44,839 nt of DNA from Paludibacteraceae bacterium (GCA_017470795.1 JAFUXZ010000135.1:1-44839); one strand, 5' to 3'. Positions 33,001 through 41,871 are shown, counted from the stretch's first letter. Notes: generated by a model not told the origin, from the sequence alone. Made by a program: numbers and translations.

Positions 33001-33031
33001 TCTCAATAGAGGTCTCCAGTGTCCTGCTCAT
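30011..33031 (-). CDS. Tail tape measure protein
   Basis: 1006 aa, with a coiled-coil N-terminus, hydrophobic central segments and repetitive S/A-rich helices. Position after the chaperone. Confidence 0.85.
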   Translation of the reverse strand: MSRTLETSIEISGVLSPSLQKAMNSAVSGLNKMSAETMQAASAGEKLAAKIRTQEAELQQAVKAYADYALGGEEGSEEAQQLAQQIDQLSSEIDENKSELQNAYSAVEKLAAGFDKTGNATEQLEGTIKQQDSTLQQLKRRYVELQLSEEDTTEESQQLARQIEKLSTELQENKVKMAAAEQAADKLDHSLEDADQAARKAEDGFTVFKGALANLAADAIRSAIQGVKNLAGNVLQLGQDFGAAMSEVGALSGASGEQLEQLEATARQYGATTVFSATQAAEALKYMSLAGWDANQSTAALPGVLNLAAASGMELGAASDMVTDYLSAFSMEAGEATYMADMLAYAQANSNTSAEQLGGAYKNCAANLNAAGQDIETVTSMLEAMANQGLKGEKAGTAMSAIMRDITKGMKDGAIQIGDTSIAVQDAQGNYRDLTAILQDVEAATDGMGSAERAAALSSTFTADSTKGLNLLLNEGMDNIAGYEDALRGSTGAAEEMAEVMNDNLAGDLKNMNSAWEELQLKIYDKAEPAMRKIVQTITDDVIPAATWLLNHLPELGVVISALSAVIIAAKWEKVVAGLGYVKKGFTGIATALGGVGAPVLAIIAIVAALALAFMHLWRTNEEFRNRILSIWNGLKGAFAGFEAGIVQRLNDMGFEFTSITDVIKAVWEKLCAILAPLFGNAFSAIASILQGALTILTGLFDVFSGIFTGDWSTMWNGIKTIFKGVWQIITGVLRSVLSVIKSLISAAWNAVKAVTASIWNSITSTIKTKLANAKAAVTSVFNSIRSTISSVLSGALAKVQSIFGSIYSSISSKINAAKSAVSSAISAIKSALHFSWSLPHLKLPHVSVSGKFSLNPPSAPHFSVSYYKEGGILTQPTAFGAAGNRLLVGGEAGAEAVLPLSKLWDELDRILNSAISAVASYGQPEAGLVAKAGQLLTMDNFSLGGLASGGGIYINYDFSGFTWSPTVNADGGDGSGIMAELKAHEAEFFDWLEEFVSMREVAQYA

Positions 33032-33049
33032 GCGCTCACCTCCTTGTTG

Positions 33050-33145
33050 TTATCTGTGTCTCTTGCCGCCTCTGCGTGCTGAGTGCTGCTGCTTGATCCG
33101 TTTCTGTTCTTCTGCCAGATCCTCGGCCGCTTCGGCGTACTCCAT
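33050..33145 (-). CDS. Small ORF in the -1 frame of the chaperone: either a TAATG-coupled 31-aa peptide or the frameshift extension of the tail assembly chaperone
   Basis: Hand translation gives MEYAEAAEDLAEEQKRIKQQHSARRGGKRHR. The -1 frame is open for roughly 100 nt upstream of the chaperone stop. Confidence 0.35.
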   Translation of the reverse strand: MEYAEAAEDLAEEQKRIKQQHSARRGGKRHR

Positions 33146-33561
33146 TATGAAGTCTGTGATTCTTTTCCTTTCGAGATCGGTTTGGCTGGTGTGGTAGACT
33201 CTGGCGTAGTCTCGGAGCGCTCGTCGGAGTCGTTTTCCGTTGAATCCTCTTCCGACGAGAGCATAAAATTTCTGCCGATCTTCATCGCTTCCATGGTGTC
33301 CTTGCCCTTCATGCGTTCGAGGTCTGCGAAGTCGATGTCCCTGTTCACTGCGATGATTGCAGCGAAGCCGAGATATAAATGCAGGCCCGGATCGAACTCA
33401 GCAGCAGGGGAGAGGCTCATGGTCTTCATGCCTGTGGCCGCCTTCTTCTTGGCGTCCGCTTCGGCAAAAAGCAGCGCGTCGATCTCGTTGATGTCGTAGG
33501 TCAGTGTGTTAACTTCTTTCCCGTTGATCATGATCGGGTTCTTCAGGTTCAATGTTTCCAT
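33145..33561 (-). CDS. Tail assembly chaperone
   Basis: 138 aa with an acidic C-terminus, located between the tube and tape measure genes. Confidence 0.65.
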   Translation of the reverse strand: METLNLKNPIMINGKEVNTLTYDINEIDALLFAEADAKKKAATGMKTMSLSPAAEFDPGLHLYLGFAAIIAVNRDIDFADLERMKGKDTMEAMKIGRNFMLSSEEDSTENDSDERSETTPESTTPAKPISKGKESQTS

Positions 33562-33585
33562 GTTGGTGCTCCTTTCGTGTCATAC

Positions 33586-33620
33586 AAACAAAAGCCACCG
33601 CCCAGCATGTGAGCGGTGGC
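33586..33620 (-). terminator. Rho-independent terminator or attenuator after the tube gene
   Basis: Stem GCCACCGC (33594..33601) with GCGGTGGC (33613..33620). It is followed on the minus strand by TTTTGTTTGT. Confidence 0.55.
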
Positions 33621-33640
33621 CCTGCGTGTTGGGTTTCCTA

Positions 33641-34144
33641 TTACAGCAGGCTGGAAATGTCGGTGTAGTAGTCGGTACCGGCCACTCTCAGGACGCCGGA
33701 CAGACGATCCACACAGAGGTATTCCTCCCCGTTGCAGTAGATCTGCTGGCGGGTGACTGTGTAGGTGGTCTCGGCTTCCGTTGCGTTTCCGAGCTCGACC
33801 TCGAGCTCCGGAGTGCTCAGCGGGATCGCTCTCACGAACGCCTTGCAGCCCTCCGGCTTGACAGTGCCGTCGCTCTTGACGACGTCCTGCACCCAGCGGA
33901 ACTCCAGATCCAGCGGTTTCAGCTTGTTCAGCTGGCCGAGTCCTTTGTCGATGCCGATCTTAGTGATCGAGAGCTCCATGTTCTCGAGCAGGCCGACGAG
34001 TGGCACGGTCATGTTTCCCATGGCCTGCACGTCTGTGGTCAGGAACTCGAGGGACGGGAGCGTGAAGGCGACGTCTTTCGCGACGAGCTGCCCGCTCTCG
34101 TAAACGGTGTCGGCGATTACCGGGCCTTTAATATCATTCCACAT
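33641..34144 (-). CDS. Tail tube protein (P2 FII-like)
   Basis: 167 aa. FTLPSLEFLT...VPLVGLLENMELS matches the tube pattern, and the gene follows the sheath gene. Confidence 0.75.
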   Translation of the reverse strand: MWNDIKGPVIADTVYESGQLVAKDVAFTLPSLEFLTTDVQAMGNMTVPLVGLLENMELSITKIGIDKGLGQLNKLKPLDLEFRWVQDVVKSDGTVKPEGCKAFVRAIPLSTPELEVELGNATEAETTYTVTRQQIYCNGEEYLCVDRLSGVLRVAGTDYYTDISSLL

Positions 34145-34160
34145 GTTTGCACCTCCTTAA

Positions 34161-35615
34161 TTACGAGAAGAAGGCAGCGAAGCCTTCGTCTGTATATGTG
34201 ACGCGAGCAGTGCCGGACTTGAACGGCGGCGTGTTAGTGACGTTGAAGTGCCATACGAAGTCGCCGTTGATCATGTCGCTGGCCGGGTTCTCCGACTCGA
34301 CGAAGAGCACTTCAGGCTCACCGATCAGCGCTCCGATGCCCTTCAGTCTGTCAAGTTTCGCCATCTCCGCGTTGAGGATGCTGTCGCGATCCTGCGGAGT
34401 CATAGGCTTGTCGATCTCGACGCCATGATCAAGCTGGAAGCTGTTCGTGATATACATGAGAGTCCTCAGCGTAGCGTCGAAGATCGCGCGGGCGTCCATG
34501 CTGCCATTGTAGGTGTAGGCCGCAGTGTGAGGGCCCCAGAGCACCCAGCGGCCGCCCCAGAAGGCTGCAGTCGTGATGCCTTTTTCGTTCAGGCTGTTCG
34601 CAGTCTCCTGATCGAAGCCCTTGTTGGTGCTGTTCGCTCCGAAGTACTGCGCGGTCGCCATGATCTGCTTGTTCGACGGAGACTCGAACGGCACGCCCTC
34701 GTGTCCCTGATCGACCGCCAGCATGGTTGCTGCGCAGACTGTGGACAGGTGGAACACGCGATCCTGTGAGTCCTTGACCTCTGGCCAGAACACCTTGGAG
34801 TTCTCCGCGTCGTAGCCGTTGGTGGTCTTCCATGTGATCGCGTCTGCGATCGTTGCGACGTTTGTCAGCGGAATGTCTGCCAGCGCGAAGCCGTCCCAGT
34901 GGCCGTTCAGCTTTGTGACCGTGCTCACCATGGCAGTGTAGACCGCAGGCTTGTCACTGAAGCCCGGAGCCGCCAGCACGTTCAGCACCGCGTTGTGGTA
35001 CTGATAGAGCAGCTCGAAGGCGAAGAGGCCTGTGTAGGCTCCGGCCGCTGTCTTGGATCCGACGATCGCAGCAGCGTCGACGGCTGCAGGGTTCACTTCG
35101 TTGAAGGTTGCAGTGAGGGTCTGAGAGGCGGCGCCGGTCAGCATTTTGACGACGACCGTCTTCTTCGCGAAGTTGTAGTCGAGGGTGTAGTCGGTGCCCT
35201 CTACCTTGTCCTCGATCGCGAAGGTGTCGAGGATGATCGTGTCGCTCTCGAACTCGCAGCGATAATTTGCGAACACGAGGCTCTGCGATGTCGCGGCGCC
35301 GGTCTTCTCATGAGCGACAGGATCCAGCACGTTGACCACGTAGATCGGCCCGACGTTCTGGACGGAGTTGTCGAAGTGCTCGGCGAAGGCCTCGCAGAGC
35401 GTGAAGCTGCTCCAGTTGTTAGAGTATCCGAGCTTGTCCTGCGCGTCACTCATGTTGGAGACTTTGATTGGCATGTTGACGAGATCCTTGCTGGCGTAGC
35501 CTCTGATCAGGTTCACTGGCGCGGTGCCGATGTAGCCGACCACGACGTCGCCCTGCGTGATCCTTTTGACCTTGCTCGGTGTGATCTCGCCGTATGCTCC
35601 GTGTTTGTAAGCCAT
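34161..35615 (-). CDS. Tail sheath protein
   Basis: ORF trimmed to the ATG at 35615 after AAGGAGG. The N-terminus MAYKHGAYGEI is typical of sheath proteins. 484 aa. Confidence 0.8.
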   Translation of the reverse strand: MAYKHGAYGEITPSKVKRITQGDVVVGYIGTAPVNLIRGYASKDLVNMPIKVSNMSDAQDKLGYSNNWSSFTLCEAFAEHFDNSVQNVGPIYVVNVLDPVAHEKTGAATSQSLVFANYRCEFESDTIILDTFAIEDKVEGTDYTLDYNFAKKTVVVKMLTGAASQTLTATFNEVNPAAVDAAAIVGSKTAAGAYTGLFAFELLYQYHNAVLNVLAAPGFSDKPAVYTAMVSTVTKLNGHWDGFALADIPLTNVATIADAITWKTTNGYDAENSKVFWPEVKDSQDRVFHLSTVCAATMLAVDQGHEGVPFESPSNKQIMATAQYFGANSTNKGFDQETANSLNEKGITTAAFWGGRWVLWGPHTAAYTYNGSMDARAIFDATLRTLMYITNSFQLDHGVEIDKPMTPQDRDSILNAEMAKLDRLKGIGALIGEPEVLFVESENPASDMINGDFVWHFNVTNTPPFKSGTARVTYTDEGFAAFFS

Positions 35616-35628
35616 TTGCTTGTCCTCC

Positions 35629-36258
35629 TTATAAAAATTCGTTGTATGCTTCCGGTGACCGTGGAGCGACTCCCGTGTCGATCTCGAAGCTGATCCAGTT
35701 GTGCCAGTACGGGTAATAGTCCCAGATGTTCCCATCTTCGACGAACATGCCGTACTTGATCGGCTTATTGGTGGCCAGATGCAGCCCGTCTATGTACTCG
35801 GCGCCCTCGACCGCCCGCAGTACGCGGTCGGCGAAGTTGAATGAGTCGCGCCAGCCGTCCATGTTCCGGACGTAGCTCTGTTCTGCTCCGTCGGTCGTGC
35901 GGTAGTAGGATATACCGCCCACCGCGTCGGGATCCTCCGTCGGTCTGTATGATGCGTCCCCGTGCGCGCCGGGGTTCCAGCACGCGAGGCATAGCCGGAT
36001 CTGAAGCGTGCGCCTGCTGCTCTGCAGGTCGTCAGAGCCTTCCATCAGCTGTACGCACACGGAAGGGATCGGAGCCGCCACCGAAGGCGGCAGAGCTTCC
36101 TTGCCGGGAACATAGAGAGGGAAGGCCGCCGGGTTGACCATGGCGACCTCATAGCTCGCGTCGTTCTTGTAGTCGTCCGGCAGCTTTAGTTCGATGCCGG
36201 GGCAGACGTCCTCGTTCAGCCAGTTCACGAGCGTGTCTATGACCTGCACTAAATTCAT
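35629..36258 (-). CDS. Putative neck / tail-completion protein
   Basis: 209 aa, located between the head-tail genes and the sheath gene. No specific motif recognised. Confidence 0.5.
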   Translation of the reverse strand: MNLVQVIDTLVNWLNEDVCPGIELKLPDDYKNDASYEVAMVNPAAFPLYVPGKEALPPSVAAPIPSVCVQLMEGSDDLQSSRRTLQIRLCLACWNPGAHGDASYRPTEDPDAVGGISYYRTTDGAEQSYVRNMDGWRDSFNFADRVLRAVEGAEYIDGLHLATNKPIKYGMFVEDGNIWDYYPYWHNWISFEIDTGVAPRSPEAYNEFL

Positions 36259-36270
36259 GCGCCCACCTCC

Positions 36271-36588
36271 TTATCCTGTCCGGTTCTGGCGTAGAGCGAC
36301 TTCGGCGAGTCCCATGTGCCGGTACGCTTTGACCACGATCAGCTCGCGGCCGTCCACGTTCAGCGGTCTGCCGGGATCCAGATCTTTCGGCAGGTCGTCC
36401 ACCTTAGCGAAGATCACGACGTCGGCCTCTACGAGTCCGAGGATCTGGCCCCTCTTTAGAGCGTTCATCTCGTCGTTGTTCATCACGCAGGGGATCGTCT
36501 TGCCCTCGATCCGGTGTTCCTCAGCGAACTCGTCGAGGTTCAGGAACACGGTGTCGAGATCCGCAAGGATCCGTTCCTTGAAGGTCAC
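36271..36588 (-). CDS. Putative head-tail connector protein
   Basis: 105 aa with a GTG start 4 nt after the upstream stop. The call rests on position only. Confidence 0.45.
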   Translation of the reverse strand: MTFKERILADLDTVFLNLDEFAEEHRIEGKTIPCVMNNDEMNALKRGQILGLVEADVVIFAKVDDLPKDLDPGRPLNVDGRELIVVKAYRHMGLAEVALRQNRTG

Positions 36589-36592
36589 CGCG

Positions 36593-36898
36593 TCACTCTT
36601 CGACCTCCGCAGCGTCCGCCTGAGCCTCAGCTGCTTCGATCGCCGCGATCACTTCCGGTTTGCCTTTTGCAGCCTTAACGTCTACGCCGCGCTCTGCTGC
36701 CAGCTTCCTGAGATCGCTCATTTTCATGTCCTCGTAGTTTGTGCCCTCCGGGGACTCCACCTTGACGGCCACGCCGAGAGCTATGAGCTCGGCTTCTCGC
36801 TGCGGGTTGACGGAGAACGGGCCGGAGGCCGGTGTCATGGCCTCCACGCTTCCGTCGGCCTTCACGAGGCCGTAGGTGGCCTTAATCATTTTGATCAT
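36593..36898 (-). CDS. Small head-module protein with a C-terminal HeH/Rho_N-like motif (paralog 2)
   Basis: MSDLRKLAAERGVDVKAAKGKPEVIAAI is the HeH-like segment. The N-terminus resembles that of the upstream gene. Confidence 0.55.
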   Translation of the reverse strand: MIKMIKATYGLVKADGSVEAMTPASGPFSVNPQREAELIALGVAVKVESPEGTNYEDMKMSDLRKLAAERGVDVKAAKGKPEVIAAIEAAEAQADAAEVEE

Positions 36899-36909
36899 GT
36901 TGTGGCCTC

Positions 36910-37404
36910 CTATACTTCAGGATCAGCGGCACCCAGATCAGGCAGCTCGTCGTCTTCTGCTGCGGCTGCCATTATGGCGTCGATCAGATCCGCCTTTGTC
37001 GGGCGTCCCTTGACCTCTATGCCGAGCTCTTTGGCCAGCTCGCCCAGCTCCGGGTTCGTCAGCTGCTTCAGCTCTTCCGGATCCATCTTCTCTGCAGCCG
37101 GGGCCGGTTCGTTGGTCTCGTCTGCTTCGTCTTCCGGTTCGTCAGTGTCCTGATCCTCCGGATCTTCGTCCGGATCCTCCGGCGGTACCGGCTGATCCTC
37201 CAGCTGACCGACCATGCCGTCCATGGCGACCTGCAGCGACTCGCTGTCGTCACCGAAGGCGAGAGCGGCCACGCCGAGTCCGATCAGGCGATCGGCTTCC
37301 TCGTCGCTGACCTCAAACGGCTGGTCGTCTGCGGTCTTCAGCTCGACCACATAAGGCTGCGGCCTGAAGCCGTAGGTGCCGTTGATAATCTTGATCAGTT
37401 TCAT
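36910..37404 (-). CDS. Head-module protein with an acidic linker and HeH/Rho_N-like motif (paralog 1)
   Basis: Trimmed to the ATG at 37404 after AAGGAG. NPELGELAKELGIEVKGRPTKADLIDAI is the HeH-like segment. Confidence 0.55.
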   Translation of the reverse strand: MKLIKIINGTYGFRPQPYVVELKTADDQPFEVSDEEADRLIGLGVAALAFGDDSESLQVAMDGMVGQLEDQPVPPEDPDEDPEDQDTDEPEDEADETNEPAPAAEKMDPEELKQLTNPELGELAKELGIEVKGRPTKADLIDAIMAAAAEDDELPDLGAADPEV

Positions 37405-37431
37405 CGTGTGCTCCTTTCTGCCGCGCACGGC

Positions 37432-38490
37432 TTACAATACTGCGTTCGCGAAGTATCTCCACGGTGCCATGTTGATCGGAGCAGGGAGCGGACGGGATGC
37501 CAGTCTCAGCTTCCTTGTGTCCTTGTTCTGGTCTACGACCAGTTTCGGGATCCTCTGGCCTGTGAAGGTCTCGTGCTCGTCGGATCCATAAGGGATCTGA
37601 GTGACGGCGCCGTAATATCTCTTGCCGCAGCCCGGAGCTGTAACCATGGCGGACTTGACAGGGAAGAAGCTCTGCTTCTGGCCGCTGTCGTCCACATATC
37701 TCTCTCTCACGACGTAAATGTCGAGAGTGTAGCCGTCGAAGTCGAGGCGGCCGACTCTGGAGACGCCCGGATAAGCTATGCTGCCCTGAAGCTCGCCAGC
37801 CTCGATGCGTCTGTTGTCGAGAAGCTGCTGCAGGTCGCTAAACTGGCTGACAGTCGCCCATGCGGTCGAGCCGAGAACGAGGTCAGATGCAGGGAGTCCG
37901 TGCTCTGCGAGAGAGTCACACATAGCCACGACGTCTGCCTTCATGATCGCGAAGGTTGTCCATGTTTTGCCGGTATATGTTGCCGGGTTGGATCCTGTGC
38001 TGTCGTAGAAGTACAGAGTGAAGCTCTGGCCCTGAGTGTCGGCGTCGATGTATTCCTGTACGGTGACGCCGTTGTTGATCATGACCTGAGCGGCCATCCA
38101 CTCTTCACGTCTTGTGATCCTGCGGGTGAGGTCTGTCAGGTCGCGGACTGTCAGGTTGCGAGCTCTGTCAGCTGCAGTGCTTCCCGGATAGAGTGCCTCG
38201 CCGAAGCCTCTCTTCCTGAGATCGTCGAGAGTGAGCAGGCGGGAAGGTGCGATCATTGGAGGCTCGAACTCCAGCACCTTGTAGCCGTCACGCGCGACAG
38301 GAATGTCGCCAGCGTTCGGATTGACGAACGGAGCCATCTTCTGGTCGCCGTTCATGTACTCGATCAGCACCTTGTCGGTCGCGAACTCGTCGGTCTCTGC
38401 GAAGTAGCGGTCACGGAAGAACGTGGTCTCCGGTACGATTTCCTCGGCCATACCGGCGAGGTAGTAGGTGTCAAAAAGATTCAGGTTCAT
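37432..38490 (-). CDS. Major capsid protein, lambda gpE family
   Basis: 352 aa with N-terminus MNLNLFDTYYLAGMAEEIVPETTFFRDRYF. It follows the decoration gene. Confidence 0.8.
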   Translation of the reverse strand: MNLNLFDTYYLAGMAEEIVPETTFFRDRYFAETDEFATDKVLIEYMNGDQKMAPFVNPNAGDIPVARDGYKVLEFEPPMIAPSRLLTLDDLRKRGFGEALYPGSTAADRARNLTVRDLTDLTRRITRREEWMAAQVMINNGVTVQEYIDADTQGQSFTLYFYDSTGSNPATYTGKTWTTFAIMKADVVAMCDSLAEHGLPASDLVLGSTAWATVSQFSDLQQLLDNRRIEAGELQGSIAYPGVSRVGRLDFDGYTLDIYVVRERYVDDSGQKQSFFPVKSAMVTAPGCGKRYYGAVTQIPYGSDEHETFTGQRIPKLVVDQNKDTRKLRLASRPLPAPINMAPWRYFANAVL

Positions 38491-38509
38491 CGTTGTACCT
38501 CCTTCTTTA

Positions 38510-38911
38510 TTAGTTAGACACGGCTGCGAGATAGATCCCGCGCGTGCGCAGTGCGTCCTTCTCGGCTGCGGAGAAGGTGTGGCCGCTCTTGACGACCAGC
38601 TTTTCCGGATCGAAGCAGCCCATCTCGAATACTGCAGCGTTGACGTCTGCGGAGGTGCCGACCTCGATGTCCTCGGCGAGGATGCAGTCCGGTGTCAGTG
38701 TCTCGTTTGACTCTGCAGTTGTTCCGAGGATCACCAGCTTGCCGTCTCCGGCAGTACCACCGCTCTTAGCGAGCACGGTGCCTCTGACGAGTGTGCCAGC
38801 TGTTCCCAGTTTGCGGATCGTGCCGCCGCCGACCTTGACTGCCGGTTCGATCCCGGAGATCAGGCCGTCGTAGTTCATGGTGTCAACCACTCTGCTCAGT
38901 GTTCTTGCCAT
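38510..38911 (-). CDS. Head decoration protein, lambda gpD-like
   Basis: 133 aa. DGLISGIEP..VRGTVLAKSGG matches the gpD pattern. It lies between the protease and the capsid gene. Confidence 0.7.
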   Translation of the reverse strand: MARTLSRVVDTMNYDGLISGIEPAVKVGGGTIRKLGTAGTLVRGTVLAKSGGTAGDGKLVILGTTAESNETLTPDCILAEDIEVGTSADVNAAVFEMGCFDPEKLVVKSGHTFSAAEKDALRTRGIYLAAVSN

Positions 38912-38912
38912 C

Positions 38913-40139
38913 TTACTTTCCCTCCTTTGCTGCCTTAGCTGCAGCGCGGCCCTGCGCTCTGCGCTCTTCCTTAGTTAGCGGTTTGTTGCTCTCGTCCTCT
39001 TTGGCGGCTGTGGCCGTGACCTTCTGAGCGCCGGATGCAGCGTTGTCGGCTGCGACGTTGTCGAGGTGTGTGGCTCCGAGTGCTGCCTGAGCCTGCATGG
39101 CTCTGAGAGCGAGCTGTTCAGCTGTGCAAGGGTTCTCGCCATACTTGGCCTCCTGCACCAGCTCTTCGTCGCCGACGACAGCAGCGATCTCGTCGATCGC
39201 TCTCTGGCGGGCTCTCTCGTCCGCGACTGCCTGAGCGACAGCTCGATCGGCAGCTTCCGCCTCGATCTGAGAAACGAGCTGCGGTTCTGCCGTTCTGAGT
39301 TCTTCGGTGTTGTTGAAGCTCATCTTTGTTTCTCCTTTCTGTGATTCTTCAGTTTCACCTGTTGCCTTTATATCTTCGGCCTTTGCGACCGGGGATATCT
39401 GTTTGATGTTGAGACTCTCAGGAACGTGGAGTCCCTTCACGTCGTGCCGGATCCCGGCGACCATGAGCACGTCCTTGCCGAGCATCTTCATGTCCGGATC
39501 TGCTCCGTTGAGAAGTTCGTCGGCGAAGCCCTTGTCGATCGCCTCCTTGCCGGTCATCCATGTTTCGCGGTGCATCATGCTTTTGAGGTGTTCCGTTTCG
39601 TCGCCAGTCTTGGCTGCGTAGATCTCCACGCAAGCTGCGTTCGCGTTGTCCAGCATTTTGATGATCGCCTTCAGGTCGTCGATGTTGCAGTAGTCGACCA
39701 CTCCGCAAGCTGCCTCGTGGATCATCACGATGCTGCCCGGATACACGCTGACGGTGTCGCCTGCGCACATGATCACGCTGGCCGCACTGGCCGCGATGCC
39801 TTCGACGACGACGTTGATCTCGGCGTTCAGTGACTTGATCGCGTTATGGATCGCGATGCCCGTGTAGAGATCGCCTCCGCAGCTGTTCAGCTTGACGGTG
39901 ATCTTGCTCTTGTCCTTGACCAGTGCGAGATCTTCCATGAAGCCCTCCGGCGTGATATACATGCCCGGCTCCGGTTCACCCGTCCACCAGTCGATCGGCT
40001 GCTGACTCAGGACGTCACCGTATAGCACGATCTCGCCCTCGTCTTCTGATACGCTGGCGATGTTCCAGCACCTTCCGGAGTTTCCTGCAGGTACCGGGCC
40101 CGCGTAGAATGTAGGGCTGCGTCTTTTAAGATTGTCCAT
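38913..40139 (-). CDS. Prohead protease (S49/ClpP family, gpC-like) with a C-terminal scaffold-like region
   Basis: LNSCGGDLYTGIAIHNAI...GIAASAASVIMCAGD..IVMIHEA is the protease core. The C-terminus is a long Ala/Glu-rich helical region. Confidence 0.8.
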   Translation of the reverse strand: MDNLKRRSPTFYAGPVPAGNSGRCWNIASVSEDEGEIVLYGDVLSQQPIDWWTGEPEPGMYITPEGFMEDLALVKDKSKITVKLNSCGGDLYTGIAIHNAIKSLNAEINVVVEGIAASAASVIMCAGDTVSVYPGSIVMIHEAACGVVDYCNIDDLKAIIKMLDNANAACVEIYAAKTGDETEHLKSMMHRETWMTGKEAIDKGFADELLNGADPDMKMLGKDVLMVAGIRHDVKGLHVPESLNIKQISPVAKAEDIKATGETEESQKGETKMSFNNTEELRTAEPQLVSQIEAEAADRAVAQAVADERARQRAIDEIAAVVGDEELVQEAKYGENPCTAEQLALRAMQAQAALGATHLDNVAADNAASGAQKVTATAAKEDESNKPLTKEERRAQGRAAAKAAKEGK

Positions 40140-41784
40140 TGTTCAGTTCCTCCTTCACTCTTTTGGTTATCTCTGCCACTATGGCTCCGACCAGTAGATT
40201 GACCGGATCCTGATCCTGTTGGTTGTCTGGCAGTGCCTCCGCGAGCTGGTCGTTCTCGATCGCCAGCTGTGCGACGTTGTCCTGCCACTGCCCGCCGTTG
40301 AGCTTGATCGTGCTCTGTTCGTGCGTGCTGAAGCCGTGCTGGATCGCCAGCACTTCAGCCTCGATCTCCTTGGTCGGGTCGAGCATGCCCTGAGACGGGC
40401 CGATCCACTCGCTGCCGAGGTACGCCTTCCGGATCGCTGCGTTCGAGAAGAAGCCCGGTGCGAGGATCCTGCCTCTCGCCACTGCCTCCGCGAGCCAGAT
40501 CTCATAGATCGGGCGGCAGAAGTCTGACGTAAACCACTTACGCCTCATTTGGAAGGCCTTCCACGCTTCCAGCAGGGCGGCACGGCTGGCCGAGTAGCTG
40601 GCGTTGAAGGCTTTCATGAGCAGATCTTTCGGGATCTCCAGCGCCGCACCGACCTGCGTTGCGACAGCGTTCACGAAGTTGTCGAAGCCTCCGGACGGTC
40701 TCTTCGGATCTGCGAAGACGACGTCCTCGCCCGGTTCCAGTATGTTGACCGTACCGGCGCCGAGCTCGTACTCGTTCGGATCACGGCTCACCTCCGGGGT
40801 GCTGTCCGGAACTCCTGCGACGTCGCCCCAGCCGACCTCATTGAACGGCATTTCAGCCGTGCCCGCGTTCGTCTTGATAAACGCAGCGAAGCAGCTCTCG
40901 ATGTTGGCCGCCGTGAGTTCTGAGTCTGTGTATCTTCTCAGCTGCAGCAGCGGTTCGATCACCGGCGCGAGATAGGTCACGCCACGATACTGCTCCGGCC
41001 GCTCTGAGTCCATGAGCTGCAGGATGTTCGGCAGTCCGGTCAGTTCGCCGTAGGCCTCGACGCGGACGTATTCCTGCTTCTCGCCGTTGATCTCGTTCGG
41101 ATAGGTGTTGTGGACGTAGTAGGCGACGATCGCGCCGTCGCTGTTGACCTCCACGCCGTCAAAGATCTTGTTCCCGTTGTCCGCCTTGCCGTCTGTGAGC
41201 AGCTGACCGGCCTTGCCCGGTGTCCGGATCCTGTCCGCCTCCACTATGTGCAGCCGCAGGCTGTACGGCATGAGGTTGGTCGGTTCATACTGTTTAATGA
41301 TCACGAAGGCGTCTCCGCTTGTCAGCCATGAGCTGAAGGCGAGTTGTTGCATGCTGTAGAAGTCGTTGACGCCGGTCGCGTCGCAGGCTCTTTTGTTCTC
41401 GGCCCAGAGCGCGAACTCCTTCTCCGTCTTCCGCTGCCAGATCGCAGCCTTCTCGGGTGTCATGCCGAGCGCCTCGTGGTCGATTTTCGACTTCAGTTGC
41501 AGGCCCATGCCTATGACGTTGGTGCGGTTCGTTGTGATCGCAGACTTCGCGATCGGCGTGCTCATGACGAGCATGCGGCCGCGTTGCCTTAGCGTGTAGT
41601 TGTTCCAGTCGATGTCCTCGCGAGGTGACCCACTCCTTGCCGTGAAGCCCTTCAGGGACTTCTTCCGGCGGCTCGCTCCGGCTTCGCTGTATCCTTTGTT
41701 CTGTGGTGCACCGACGTGCGGCGCACGCTCTCCCTGCGGTGTCTTCTGCAGGGACTCCTTAATGTTCTCGCCGATGATAATCAC
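40126..41784 (-). CDS. Portal protein, lambda family
   Basis: 552 aa, in the position after the gpW-like gene. The start codon is uncertain because the GTG at 41784 abuts GGGAGG. Confidence 0.8.
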   Translation of the reverse strand: MIIIGENIKESLQKTPQGERAPHVGAPQNKGYSEAGASRRKKSLKGFTARSGSPREDIDWNNYTLRQRGRMLVMSTPIAKSAITTNRTNVIGMGLQLKSKIDHEALGMTPEKAAIWQRKTEKEFALWAENKRACDATGVNDFYSMQQLAFSSWLTSGDAFVIIKQYEPTNLMPYSLRLHIVEADRIRTPGKAGQLLTDGKADNGNKIFDGVEVNSDGAIVAYYVHNTYPNEINGEKQEYVRVEAYGELTGLPNILQLMDSERPEQYRGVTYLAPVIEPLLQLRRYTDSELTAANIESCFAAFIKTNAGTAEMPFNEVGWGDVAGVPDSTPEVSRDPNEYELGAGTVNILEPGEDVVFADPKRPSGGFDNFVNAVATQVGAALEIPKDLLMKAFNASYSASRAALLEAWKAFQMRRKWFTSDFCRPIYEIWLAEAVARGRILAPGFFSNAAIRKAYLGSEWIGPSQGMLDPTKEIEAEVLAIQHGFSTHEQSTIKLNGGQWQDNVAQLAIENDQLAEALPDNQQDQDPVNLLVGAIVAEITKRVKEELNNGQS

Positions 41785-41871
41785 CTCCCTTCAATTTGAC
41801 GAGCCCGGGAGAGCCAAGGAGCTTAAACTCTCCGGGCGGTCAATGTAACAGGCTTTTGGCCATTGTTACCT

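Noticed and set aside
37408-38517. Long plus-strand ORFs: 369 aa here, and also 9778..10854, 7376..8278, 5584..6456, 36194..37153, 78..848 and others.
   Set aside because: They are mirror ORFs opposite well-supported minus-strand genes in GC-rich DNA. They have no RBS, and their composition is Arg/Ala/Leu/Val-rich and low-complexity. The opposite-strand products have recognisable phage folds.
41803-41837. An imperfect 10-bp-stem hairpin between the gpW-like and portal genes as a terminator.
   Set aside because: The stem is bulged and no U-tract follows. Termination inside the head operon is unlikely, so it was left unannotated.
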